From the NCBI GenBank assembly GCA_903813345.2, contig CAIIXF020000001.1, forward strand, positions 24,614,001 through 24,678,000: a stretch of 64,000 nucleotides of DNA, in the 5' to 3' direction. This stretch comes from Owenia fusiformis (Eukaryota). Of the stretch, positions 1-11,890 are shown piece after piece; position 1 is the first letter of the stretch; each line of letters starts with the position of its first letter. The position numbers and the translations under genes are program-made. Below the pieces are notes generated by a model that saw nothing but the letters and a program-made list of their open reading frames with translations, had not been told where the DNA came from and made no database searches.

Positions 1-893
1 GATTGAATAGGATAGGTGGGATGGATATAGCCGAGTCGTCCAGAATAAGCCAAGTCGTCCAGTCCTATCCCTCTTTCCTATCCTTCTTATCCTATCCTTC
101 CTTCCTATCCTATCCTTCCTTCCAGAATAGGAAGGAAGGATAGGATAGAATAGGAAGAAACGATAGGATAGTATAGGATAGGAAGGAAGGATAGGATAGG
201 AAGGATAGGAAAGAAGGATAGGATTGGATAGGATATACGATAGGATATAGGATAGGATATAGGATAGATATAGGATAGGATATAGGATAGGATATAGAAT
301 AGGAAGGAAGGATAGGATAGGAAGGAAAGGATAGGAAGGAAGAATAGATAGGAAGGATATGATGAGACAGGATAGGAAGGAAGGATGGATGATTTTTTCT
401 ATATTTTCTTCGCTACTCTTGACTTTCTATAAGGATATCATCAGATCGATTTTTCTCGAAATTGCAAAACGCCATAACTTTCGAACCGGAAGTCGGATCG
501 AAATTTGGTTTGCAGATTCGGATTCCTGAGTAAATTCTACCCTTAATTCATAACTCAGATGTTAAATTTGGAGAACTTTTCATTTTGACCTACTTTCTGG
601 ACGCCATATTTCAAAATCGGTAAGCGTAATCAAAAATCTAATGTCATATCTTTGCTTTGGCTTTTTCTAAGCTACATGATGAAAAAAAGATTTAGGAGTT
701 TCGATAAACAACGACGAAGATAAATGACAGAATGTTGAAAATGTAAGATTTGACCTAGTTCTTGACCTTTGAACTAGATAAAAATTTGACCCAATTTCCG
801 ATAAACTAGATCTAGGACCTAAATGGACCATATATAGGACTTGACTCAATATCTTCTAGTTAACGAGAAAACTGGGAAAGAATAATAAAAATA
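1..893 (-). mobile_element. Helentron/HINE-like element copy E1 (runs off the window start; 5' terminus displaced)
   Basis: Same body as copy 6432-7902: GCCGAGTCGTCCAGAATAA seed, GATAG/GGAAG purine tract (~1-390), core CGCCATAACTTTCGAACCGGAAGTCGGATCGAAATTTGG and the TTTGACCTAGTTCTTGACCTTTGA block. It ends in an AAT-rich tract with no terminal hairpin. Confidence 0.75.
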
Positions 894-3604
894 ACTAGAT
901 TTGTGAAATTGAACAAGTTCAATTTAAGACCCCAGATTTATTTGACCTAGATAGATCAGTAAAGAGCTGAGTAAGTAACTGAGTAATTAGCTGAGTAAGT
1001 ACCTTAGTAGTAGTTGAGTAAGTAGCTGAGTAAGTAACTGAGTAAAAAGCTGAGTAGGTAGCTGAGTAAGAAGCTGAGTAAGTACCTGAGTTAGTAGCTG
1101 AGTAAGTTGCTAAGGAAGTAATAACTAATTAAGTAATTGAGTAAGTAGTCAAATAAGTAGCTGAGTAGGTAGAGAGGTAAAGTAGGGTATGCAGGAATTT
1201 TTGAAAGTATATTTGATCAATCTGCATCGTGAATACTGGCAAGTGCGAATTTCAAACTTCAAAATGATGAGAATCTAAACCGGGGGTCGGATTGCAATTT
1301 TAATTTCAGATCCAGATTCCTGAGGAAATTCTACCCCTAATTCATAACTCATACTTTAAAATTGGAGAACTTTTTATTTTGACCTACATTTCGGACACCA
1401 TATCTCAAAAGTGGGTCAAAAACTTATTGACGGCAAAATGTTAACATTATTAGCACACTCTTTGCTACAAGTTTACAAAATTTCGGAGAATATCATTGAA
1501 GTGTAGTGTCAGAATCGCAAAATAAAAAAAACTATGAATTTGACCTAGATTTTGAAATAGGTATTTTGGTGTCCAAACTTTGAAGGAAAGTAGCATTTGA
1601 GGTCCCCTTCTTCTATGGGCTTTCATTATGTTTAGCTGTACTCATTCTATATCTCGTATTTTTATACTTCAAAAAATTATTCGGTCCCATTGATTTAACA
1701 TTGGGCACCAAATTTAGCGATTTTTGAGATTTCAAAACGCCATAACTTCAGAACAAGTAGTCGGATCGAAATTTGGTTTGCAGATCTAGATTTCTGAGAA
1801 AATTCTACCCTTAATTCATAACTCATACGTTAAATTTGGAAAACTTTTAACTTTGGCCTACTTTTCGGACACCATATCTCAAAAGTGGGTCAAAATACTT
1901 TCTGACGGCAAAACGCTAACACTATTAGCATACTCTTTGCTACCTGTATACAAAATTTTAAAGCAAATCATTTAAATATAGTGTCAGAATCGCAAAAATA
2001 AGGGAAAACTATAAATTTGACCTAGATTTTGACCTAGGCATTTTGGTGTCCAAATTTTGGAGCTAAGTAGCCTTCGAGGGCCCCTTCTTTAATAGGCTTT
2101 CATTATATTAAGCTGTACTCAGTCTATATCTCGTATTTTACACTTCAAAAAAATCTTTTTTCCCATTGACATAACATGGGGCAGCAAATTTAGCGATTTT
2201 TGAGCTTTCAAAACACCATAACTTCCGAACAGGAGGTCGAATCAAAATTTGATTTGCAGATTCGGATTCCTGATAAAATTCTACCCCTTATTCATAACTC
2301 ATACGTTACATTTGAAGATTTTTTTATTTTGACCTACTTTTGGGACACCATATCTCAAAAGTGGGTCAAAATACTTTTTTGACGGCAAAAGGCTAACACT
2401 ATAAGCACACTCTTGGCTACATGTATACACAATTTCGAAGAATATAATTAAAGTGTAGTGTCAGAATCGCAAAAATAAGGAAAAGCTTTGAATTTGACCT
2501 AGATTTTGACCTAGGCATTTTGTTGTCCAAATTTTCAAGATTAGAAGGTTTTGAGGTCCCCTTCTTTTATGGGCTTCCATTATGTTTAGCTGTACTTAGT
2601 CTATATCTCGTATTTTACACTTCAAAAAAATATTTTTTCCCATTGACATAACATGGGGCACCAAATTTAGCGATTTTTGAGCTTTCAAAACGCCATAACT
2701 TCCGAACCGGAAGTCGGATCGAAATTTGGTTTGCAGATTCGGATTCCTGAGAAATTTCTATACTTAATTCATAACTCAACCGTCAAATTTTGAGAATTTT
2801 TTATTTTGACCTACTTTTCGGACACCATATCTCAAAAATGGGGCAAAATACTTTCTGACGGCAAAAGGCTTACACTATTAGCAGACTCTTAGCTACATGT
2901 ATACAAAATTTCCAAGAATATAATTAATCTGTTGTGTCAGAATCGCAAAAATAAGGAAAAACTTTGAATTTGACCTAGATTTTGACCTAGGCATTTTGGT
3001 GTCCAAATTTTGAAGCTAGATGGCTTATGAGGTCCCCTTCTTTTAAAAGCTTCCATTATATTTAGCTGAACTCAGTCTATATTTCGTATTTTTCACTTCA
3101 AAAAAATCTTTTTTCCCATTGACTTAACATGGGCACCAAATTTAGCGATTTTTGAGCTTTCAAAACGCCATAACTTCCGAACGGGAAGTCGGATCAAAAT
3201 TTGGTTTGCAGATTCGGATTCCTGAGAAAATTCTACCCTTATTTCATAGCTCATATGTTAAATTTGGAGAACTTTTTGGTTTTGACCTACTTTCAGGACG
3301 CCATATCTCAAAATCGCTCAGAGTAATCAAAAAACGGATGGCACACTCTCGATTTGTTTTTTTCTAAGCTACATGTAGAAACTAAGATGAAGTAGTTACG
3401 ACAAACAACGACGAAGATAATTGACAGAATGTTGATTTGACCTTGATTTGACCTAGTTCTTGACCCTTGACCTAGATAAAAATTTGACCTAATTTCCCAT
3501 CATCCCAGGTACTGCCCCTAGTTGATCATGTAAGCAGCTCAAAGTAAATTCTTTTAGTTGGTGAGAAATCTGGGAAGGAGGAAGATTCTGAAAGAATAAT
3601 AATA
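894..3604 (-). mobile_element. Helentron/HINE-like element copy E2 with internal satellite array
   Basis: On the minus strand the 3' end is subTIR-like AATCTGGGGTCT, stem-loop AAATTGAACTTGTTCAATTT (906-925), then CTAGT (894-898). It contains a GCTGAGTAAGTA 12-bp array (~965-1170) and ~4 tandem ~477-bp units. Confidence 0.8.
1250..3300. repeat. ~477-bp tandem satellite units inside HINE E2
   Basis: Marker TTCAAAACRCCATAACTT recurs at ~1731, 2207, 2684 and 3160. Confidence 0.9.
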
Positions 3605-6431
3605 ACTAGATTTGTGAAATTGAACAAGTTCAATTTAAGACTCCAGATTTATTTGACCTAGATAGATCAGTAAAGAGCTGAGTAAGTAACTGAGTAATTA
3701 GCTGAGTAAGTACCTTAGTAGTAGTTGAGTAAGTAGCTGAGTAAGTAACTGAGTAAAAAGCTGAGTAGGTAGCTGAGTAAGTAGCTGAGTAAGTACCTGA
3801 GTTAGTAGCTGAGTAAGTTGCTAAGGAAGTAATAACTAATTAGTAATTGAGTAAGTAGTCAAATAAGTAGCTGAGTAGGTAGAGAGGTAAACTAGGGTAT
3901 GCAGGAATTTTTGAAAGTATATTTGATCAATCTGCATCGTGAATACTGGCAAGTGCGAATTTCAAACTTCAAAATGGCGTAGAATCTAAACCGGGGGTCG
4001 GATTGCAATTTTAATTTCAGATCCAGATTCCTGAGGAAATTCTACCCATAATTCATAACTCATACTTTAAAATTGGAGAACTTTTTATTTTGACCTACAT
4101 TTCGGACACCATATCTCAAAAGTGGGTCAAAAAACTTATTGACGGCAAAATGTTAACATTATTAGCACACTCTTTGCTACAAGTTTACAAAATTTCGGAG
4201 AATATCATTGAAGTGTAGTGTCAGAATCGCAAAATAAAAAAAAACTATGAATTTGACCTAGATTTTGAACTAGGTATTTTGGTGTCCAAACTTTGAAGGA
4301 AAGTAGCTTTTGAGGTCCCCTTCTTCTATTAGGGCTTTCATTATGTTTAGCTGTACTCATTCTATATCTCGTATTTTTATACTTCAAAAAATTATTCGGT
4401 CCCATTGATTTAACATTGGGCACCAAATTTAGCGATTTTTGAGATTTCAAAACGCCATAACTTCAGAACAAGTAGTCGGATCGAAATTTGGTTTGCAGAT
4501 CTAGATTTCTGAGAAAATTCTACCCTTAATTCATAACTCATACGTTAAATTTGGAAAACTTTTAACTTTGGCCTACCTTTCGGACACCATATCTCAAAAG
4601 TGGGTCAAAATACTTTTTGACGGCAAAAGGCTAACACTATTAGCACACTCTTGGCTACATGTATACACAATTTCGAAGAATATAATTGAAGTGTAGCGTC
4701 AGAATCGCAAAAATAAGGAAAAGCTTTGAATTTGACCTAGATTTTGACCTAGGCATTTTGTTGTCCAAATTTTCAAGATTAGAAGGTTTTGAGGTCCCCT
4801 CCTTTTATGGGCTTCCATTATGTTTAGCTGTACTTAGTCTATATCTCGTATTTTACACTTCAAAAAAATATTTTTTCCCATTGACATAACATGGGGCACC
4901 AAATTTAGCGATTTTTGAGCTTTCAAAAGGCCATAACTTCCGAACCAGAAGTCCGATCGAAATTTGGTTTGCAGATTTGGATTCCAGAGAAAATCCTATC
5001 CTTAATTCATAGCTCATACGTTAAATTTGGAAACTTTTTATTTTGACCTACTTTTCGGACACGCCATAACTTCCAAACCTGAAGTCGGATCGAAATTTGG
5101 TTTGCAGATTCGGATTCCTGAGAAAATTCTATACTTAATTCATAACTCAAACGTCAAATTTTGAGAATTTTTTATTTTGACCTACTTTTCGGACACCATA
5201 TCTAAAAAATGGGGCAAAATACTTTCTGACGGCAAAAGGCTAACACTATTAGCAGACTCTTAGCTACATGTATACAAAATTTTGAAGAATATAATTAATC
5301 TGTTGTGTCAGAATCGCAAAAATAAGGAAAAACTTTGAATTTGACCTAGATTTTGACCTAGGCATTTTGGTGTCCAAATTTTGAAGCTAGATGGCTTATG
5401 AGGTCCTCTTCTTTTGATTTGCAGATTCGGATTCCTGATAAAATTCTACCCCTTATTCATAACTCATACGTTACATTTGAAGATTTTTTATTTTGACCTA
5501 CTTTTGGGACACCATATCTCAAAAGTGGAAGTCGGATCGAAATTTGGTTTGCAGATTCGGATTCCTGAGAAAATTCTATACTTAATTCATAACTCAAACG
5601 TCAAATTTTGAGAATTTTTTATTTTGACCTACTTTTCGGACACCATATCTAAAAAATGGGGCAAAATACTTTCTGACGGCAAAAGGCTAACACTATTAGC
5701 AGACTCTTAGCTACATGTATACAAAATTTTGAAGAATATAATTAATCTGTTGTGTCAGAATCGCAAAAATAAGGAAAAACTTTGAATTTGACCTAGATTT
5801 TGACCTAGGCATTTTGGTGTCCAAATTTTGAAGCTAGATGGCTTATGAGGTCCCCTTCTTTTAAAAGCTTTCATTATATTTAGCTGAACTCAGTCTATAT
5901 TTCGTATTTTTCACTTCAAAAAAATCTTTTTCCCATTGACTTAACATGGGCACCAAATTTAGCGATTTTTGAGCTTTCAAAACGCCATAACTTCCGAACG
6001 GGAAGTCGGATCAAAATTTGGTTTGCAGATTCGGATTCCTGAGAAAATTCCTTTCCTTACCCTTATTTCATAGCTCATATGTTAAATTTGGAGAACTTTT
6101 TGGTTTTGACCTACTTTCAGGACGCCATATCTCAAAATCGCTAAGAGTAATCAAAAAACGGATGGCACACTCTCGATTTGTTTTTTTCTAAGCTACATAG
6201 AGAAACTAAGATGAAGTAGTTACGACAAACAACAACGAAGATAATTGACAGAATGTTGATTTGACCTTGATTTGACCTAGTTCTTGACCCTTGACCTAGA
6301 TAAAAATTTGACCTAACTTCCCATCATCCCAGGTACTGCCCCTAGTTGATCATGTAAGCAGCTTAAAGTAAATTCTTTTAGTTGGTGAGAAATCTGGGAA
6401 GGAGGAAGATTCTGAAAGAATAATAATAATA
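3605..6431 (-). mobile_element. Helentron/HINE-like element copy E3 (near-identical to E2, internally rearranged)
   Basis: ACTAG + hairpin + AGACTCCAGATT at 3605-3650. The first ~1 kb nearly duplicates the sequence from 894, and both copies end in the same GATTCTGAAAGAATAATAAT tail. Confidence 0.8.
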
Positions 6432-7902
6432 ACTAGACTTTGGAAATTGAACGAAGTTCAATTTCAGACTCCAGATCTAGACTTTTTTAAGCCCAGTCAT
6501 CTAAAATAAGCCGAGTCATCCAGAATAAGCTGAGTCATTCAGAATAAGATGGATGGATAAAATAGGAAGGTAGGATAGGATAGAATGGGAAGGAACGATA
6601 GGATAGAATAAGGAAGAAGGATAGGATAGAACAGAATGGGAAGAAAGGATATGATAGGAGAGGATAGGAAGGAAAAGATACGAAGGAAGGATAGAAAGGA
6701 AGGATAGGATAAGATCAGATAGGAAGGATGGATGAATTTTTCAACATTTTCTTCTCTACTCTTGACTTTCTATCAGGATACCATCAGATCGATTTTCCGA
6801 AATTTCAAAACGCCATAACTTCCGAACCGGAAGTCGGATCGAAATTCGATTGAAAGATTCGGATTCCTGACAAAATTCTACCCCTAATTCATAACTCAAA
6901 CGTTAAATTTGGCGAATTTTTATTTTGACCTACTTTTCGGACACGCCATAACTTTGGAACTGGAAGTCGGATCGGAATTTGGTTTGCATATTCGGATTCC
7001 TGAGAAAATTCTACTCTTAATTCATAACTCATATGTTAAATTTGGAGAACTTTTTATTTTGACCTACTTTTCGGACACCATATCTCAAAAGTGGGTCAAA
7101 ATACTCTCTGACGGCAAAAGGCTAACACTATTAGCACACTCTTGGCTACATGTACACACAATTTTGAAGAATATAATTAAAGTGTAGTGTCAGAATCGCA
7201 AAAATAAGGAAAAACTTTAAATTTGACCTAGATTTTGACCTAGGCATTTTGGTGTCCAAATTTTGAAGCTAGATGGCTTTTGAGGTTCCATTCTTTTAAA
7301 ACCTTTCATTATATTAAGCTGAACTCAGTCTATATTTCGTATTTTTCACTTCAAAAAAATCTTTTTTCCCATTGACTTAATATGGGCACCAAATTTAGCA
7401 ATTTTTGAGCTTTCAAAACGCCATTACTACCGAACCGGAAGTCCGATCCAAATTTGGTTTGCAGATTCGGATTCCTGAGATCATTCTACACTTATTTCAT
7501 AACTCACATGTTGAATTTGGAGAACTTTTTGTTCTGACCTACTTTCCGGACGCCATATCTCAAAATCGGTAACAGTAATCAAAAATCTGATGGCACAGTA
7601 TAAAAGGGCTGTTTCTAAGCTACATGATGAAAAAAAGATGAAGACGTTTCGATAAATAACGACGAAGATAATAGACAGAAGGTTGAAAATGTAAGATTTG
7701 ACCTAGTTCCTGACCTTTGACCTAGATAAAAAATTGACCCAATTTCCGAGAAACTAGATACTGAACCTAAATTGACCATATACAGGTCTTGACTCAATGT
7801 CTTCTAGTTATTGAGAAAACGTGTTAAGAAAAATAATAATAATAAAGAAGAAGAAGAATAATGACAAAAGTAATAGACTCCAGATTTTCAATCTGGAGTC
7901 TA
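6432..7902 (-). mobile_element. Complete Helentron/HINE-like element copy E4
   Basis: 3' end ACTAG...AAATTGAACGAAGTTCAATTT-CAGACTCCAGAT (6432-6476); GATAG/GGAAG tract ~6545-6735; palindromic 5' subTIR TAGACTCCAGATTTTCAATCTGGAGTCTA at 7874-7902. Confidence 0.85.
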
Positions 7903-7911
7903 ATAATAATA

Positions 7912-9705
7912 ACTAGACATGTAAATTGAACAAGTTCAATTTAAGACTCCAGATTTCACATTTTTTTTAAGCTGAGTCATCCAGAACTTGTAAGCTGAGT
8001 CATTCAGAATAAGCTGAGTCAGCTAGAATATAGACATTTAGACAACTTTTAAGAAGGCTATCTTCGACTCTATTAGCTTAACATGGGGATATCATCATAT
8101 CGACTTTTCGAGACTTCAAACCGCTATAACTATCTAACCAGAAGTTAGATCGAAATTTGGTTTAAAGATTCTGATTCCTGAGAAAATTCTACCCTTAATT
8201 CATAACTCATACGTTAAATTTGGATAATTTTTTATTTTGACCTACATTTCGGACACCATATCTCAAAAGTGGGTCAAAAAACTTTCTGACGGCAGAAGGC
8301 TAACACTATAAGCACACTCTTTGCTACCTGTATACAAAATTTTGAAGCAAATCCTTAAAGTGTAATGTCAGAATCGCAAAAATAAGGAAAAACTATGAAT
8401 TTGACCTAGATTTTGACCAAGGCATTTTTGCGTCCAAATTTTAAAGCTAGATAGCCTTCGAGGTCCCCTCCTTTTATAGGCTTTCAGAATATTAAGCTGT
8501 ACTCAGTCTTTATCTGGTATTTTACACTTCAAAAAATCCTTTTTCTCATTGACATAACATGGGGCACCAAATTTAGCGATTTTTGAGCTTTCAAAACCCC
8601 ATAACTTTCGAACCGGAAGTCGGATCGTAATTTGGTTTGCAGATTTGGATTCCTGACAAAATTCTACCCCCAATTTATAACTCATACGTTAAATTTGGAA
8701 TTTTTTTATTTTGACCTACTTTTTGGACACGCCATAACTTCCGAACCGGTAGTCGGATCGAAATTTGGTTTCCAGATTCGGATTCCTGAGAAGATTCTAC
8801 CCTTAATTCATAACTCATACGTTGAATCTGGAGAACTTTTTATTTTGACCTACTTTTCGGACACCATATCTCAAAAGTGGGTCAAAATACTTTCTGACGG
8901 CAAAAGGCTAACACTATTAGCACACTCTTTGCTACCTGTATACAAAATTTTAAAGTAAATTATTAAAGTGTAGTGTCAGAATCGTAAAAATAAGGAAAAA
9001 CTATGAATTTGACCTTGATTTTGACCTAGGCATTTTGGTGTCCAAATTTTGAAGCTATGTAGCTTTTGAGGTCCCCTTCTTTTATAAGCATTCATTATGT
9101 TAAGCTGTACTAAGTCAATATCCTGTATTTTACACTTCGAAAAAGTCTTTTTTCCCATTGACTTAACATAGGCACCAAATTTAGCGATTTTTGAGCTTTC
9201 AAAACGCCATAACTTCCGAACCGGAAGTCCGATCCAAATTCGGTTTGCAGATTTGGATTCCTGAGAAAATTCTACATCTTTTTCATAGCTCACACATTCG
9301 ATTTGGAGCATGTTTAGGCGTGACCTACATTTCGGACGCCGTATCTCAAAATCGGTAAGAGTAATCAAAATTCTGATGTCATATCTTTGATTCGCCTTTT
9401 TCTAAGCTACACGATGAAAAAAAGATGAAGGAGTTACGAAGAATATTGACGAAGATATGATGAAGAATGTTGAAAATGTAAGATTTGACCTAGTTCTTGA
9501 CCTTTGACCTAGATAAAAATTTGACCTAATTTCCCAGAAAGCCGGTTTCAGTCTTTAGTTAACCATGTAAGTTGGATTAAGTAAGCTGTTATAGTTGACG
9601 AGAAATTTGGTGAGGAGGAAGAAAAAAGAATAATAATAATAATAATAATAATAATAAAGAAAACAGGCAAAAACAATAGACTCCAGATTTTCAATCTGGA
9701 GTCTA
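7912..9705 (-). mobile_element. Complete Helentron/HINE-like element copy E5
   Basis: ACTAG + hairpin + subTIR at 7912-7955, two ~480-bp units, an (AAT)n tract and a palindromic terminus at 9677-9705. Confidence 0.85.
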
Positions 9706-9944
9706 AAAAGAAAACTGACGAAAGCAATAGACTCCAGATTTTCATCTGGAGTCTAATAATAATAATAATAAAGAAAACTGACGAAAGCAATAGACTCCAG
9801 ATTTTCATCTGGAGTCTAATAATAATAATAATAAAGAAAACTGACGAAAGCAATAGACTCCAGATTTTCATCTGGAGTCTAATAAAGAATAAGAATAAGA
9901 ATACTGACAAAAACAATAGACTCCAGATTTACATCTGGAGTCTA
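9706..9944 (-). repeat. Four further HINE 5' termini (hairpin + AAT tract) in tandem
   Basis: TAGACTCCAGATTT(T/A)CATCTGGAGTCTA at 9728-9755, 9791-9818, 9854-9881 and 9917-9944, with a 63-bp period. Confidence 0.9.
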
Positions 9945-10151
9945 ATAACAAATTAGACAAATTAGATTCAGATTTTATCGCTTGGCTCACATCTCCATCT
10001 GGTCGAAACAAAGCTGAAGAAACAGCAAAAAGGATCAGCCAAAATGTGAAATTTGTACTGGGCCTGCATGAAGATGTTGGTGGATTTCAGCCACAGGACC
10101 ACAATTTAATTTATTCAAAATTCATTGAACCTGCCATAAATGGAAAATTTA
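9945..10151 (+). pseudogene. Duplicated ~205-bp fragment of the zinc-finger/recombinase-like gene at 11279-11485
   Basis: Near-identical to 11279-11485. It reads FIAWLTSPSGRNKAEETAKRISQNVKFVLGLHEDVGGFQPQDHNLIYSKFIEPAINGKF with no stop. Confidence 0.8.
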
Positions 10152-10380
10152 TACTTATACCTAAAGTTATACTTAAGTTAAATTGTACAACAACCATCAG
10201 ATTAGTCAGATAAGTATACACTACGCTTAGTACTACATGTATAATTAATATAAATTAACATAAGAATTTAAATGAATCTTAGGTAATACCTAATTTAGAT
10301 TTATCATCCACTTAAATGTATCTTTAATAGTATATTCTTTATGATGTTGTAATTGATTCATTATTTATGAGCTATATGTA

Positions 10381-10880
10381 CTGTAGATTGGGTTAATTTG
10401 GCGCCCGCTTTAATTTGGCGAATTTGGCGAAACTGAAAAATTCGCCAATATAAATCTTCGCCAAAATTTAGAATGAATTCCTGGGAATTATCTAGGGTAT
10501 TTCATCCAGTTAGGTCACTTCCGGCTTAGTTTTTTCCAAAAATATGAAAAAATGTCTCTCATAAATTGGCGCAGAACTGGTCAGTCACTCATTAATACTC
10601 AGGGAAAAACTAGAAAGGAAAAGCGCGGTATAGTAGCAGCATCGATCGAGGTGCAAAATGTAAAGGATGATATCACAAAAATGTACAAACGTGGTGAATA
10701 TCGCCAGTTGACCTCAAAAGAAAAAGTGAACATAGCCAAACATGCCCATTTACATGGTAATTCGCAAACAGGGCGTCGGTTTAACATTTTTTTGCATATC
10801 CGCCAAAATAAATAGCCGCCAATATGCCAAAAATGGCAACATTGCCAAATTAAGTAGCGCCAAATTAACCCAATCTACAG
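10381..10880 (+). mobile_element. Internally deleted pogo-like (Tc1/mariner) element
   Basis: Perfect TIR CTGTAGATTGGGTTAATTTGGCGC at both ends, with TA on both flanks. Internal ORF 10552-10815 contains KRGEYRQLTSKEKVNIAKHAHLHGNSQTGRRF, resembling the Brinker-type DNA-binding N-terminus of pogo transposases. Confidence 0.85.
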
Positions 10881-10920
10881 TATGTAAATGATGTATAGGT
10901 ATGTAACTTTTTGATTTTAA

Positions 10921-11890
10921 AATCAGTTCTTAGCTCGTGGTAGGATTATATTTTCAGGTCCTCCAAGCCTTCATTTTCGAGTTGAAGGAAGAATTCATAC
11001 TGAATCGAAGGGAAAAAGTTGGCATACTTGCCGGAGTTGTTTCAAGAAATATAGAGATCTACCAAAACATATAAGACAGGTCCACAGCAAAGACGCAAAT
11101 TATAAAATACATGAAAACTATAAAGAATTGTACAAACACGAGTATTCAAGACGAAGTAAAAATAAATATCGAGGCTGTGTTTATAAGTACAAAGAATGCA
11201 AGAAATGTGGAAAAAATGTTCAGAGATTAGACAAGTATCAATGTAGTTCTCATGTACTCTTAAATGAAATCAAACTAAATAACAAATTAGACAAATTGGA
11301 TTCAGATTTTATTGATTGGCTCACATCTCCATCTGGTGGAAACAAAGCTGAAGAAACAGCAAATAGGATCAGCCAAAATGTGAAATTTGTACTGGACCTG
11401 CATGAAGATGTTGGTGGATTTCAGCAACAGGACTACAATTTAATTTAATCAAAATTCATTGAACCTGCCATAAATGGAAAATTTAGTAATATAAAGCAGG
11501 CCAGTACTGTGAAGGCATATCTTGAAAGACTGCAAGTCTCCTACTGAAAAAAGTACAATATCAGAAGCAGAGTACAGCATTTTTGTCAAACAAAATTGTA
11601 TCTGGTGTAATTCAATGGCGCTACAAAAGAAGAAACTTAGAAAATAAGGCTGAAGGGGAAAAACTTGCCAACTAAGGAGGAAGTGCACAAATATTTAAAA
11701 TCAGAATTTGTTTCAAATATAAAAAAACTATTCTTAAAAGAAACTCCTAGCATTTCAAAATGAGGAATTACCTCATCACTATTAACCATAATAATTAATC
11801 CTTGAAGAGTAGGTCCTTTCCTAAACCTCGAACCAAGGCATGTTCTGAATGGAAATGGAAATAATGAAAGATATGTCTACCATGTTTGAT
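10921..11890 (+). pseudogene. Decayed zinc-finger + tyrosine-recombinase-like gene
   Basis: Frame open 10921-11448: CRSCFKKYRDLPKHIRQVH, CKKCGKNVQRLDKY, FIDWLTSPSGGNK. After the stop it reads QASTVKAYLERL, and from 11760 MRNYLITINHIINP*RVGPFLNL, resembling recombinase box I (N-x-x-R-x-G). The TAA at 11446 is TAT in the duplicate near 10112. Confidence 0.55.

Noticed and set aside
1-390. Telomeric repeat
   Set aside because: An irregular GATAG/GGAAG tract that recurs inside copy E4; not TTAGGG or TTAGG.
2200-9368. Family of similar short ORFs (QIRIPEKILPLIHNSYV)
   Set aside because: They are chance frames in the satellite unit, with stops and frameshifts differing between copies.
9548-9916. 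122-aa hydrophobic ORF resembling a membrane protein
   Set aside because: It is a translation of (ATT)n tracts and repeated termini.
9677-9944. CRISPR-like array of ~28-bp palindromic repeats
   Set aside because: Spacers are near-identical AAT/AAGAAAACTGAC sequence, the repeats are HINE termini, there are no cas genes, and the context is eukaryotic.
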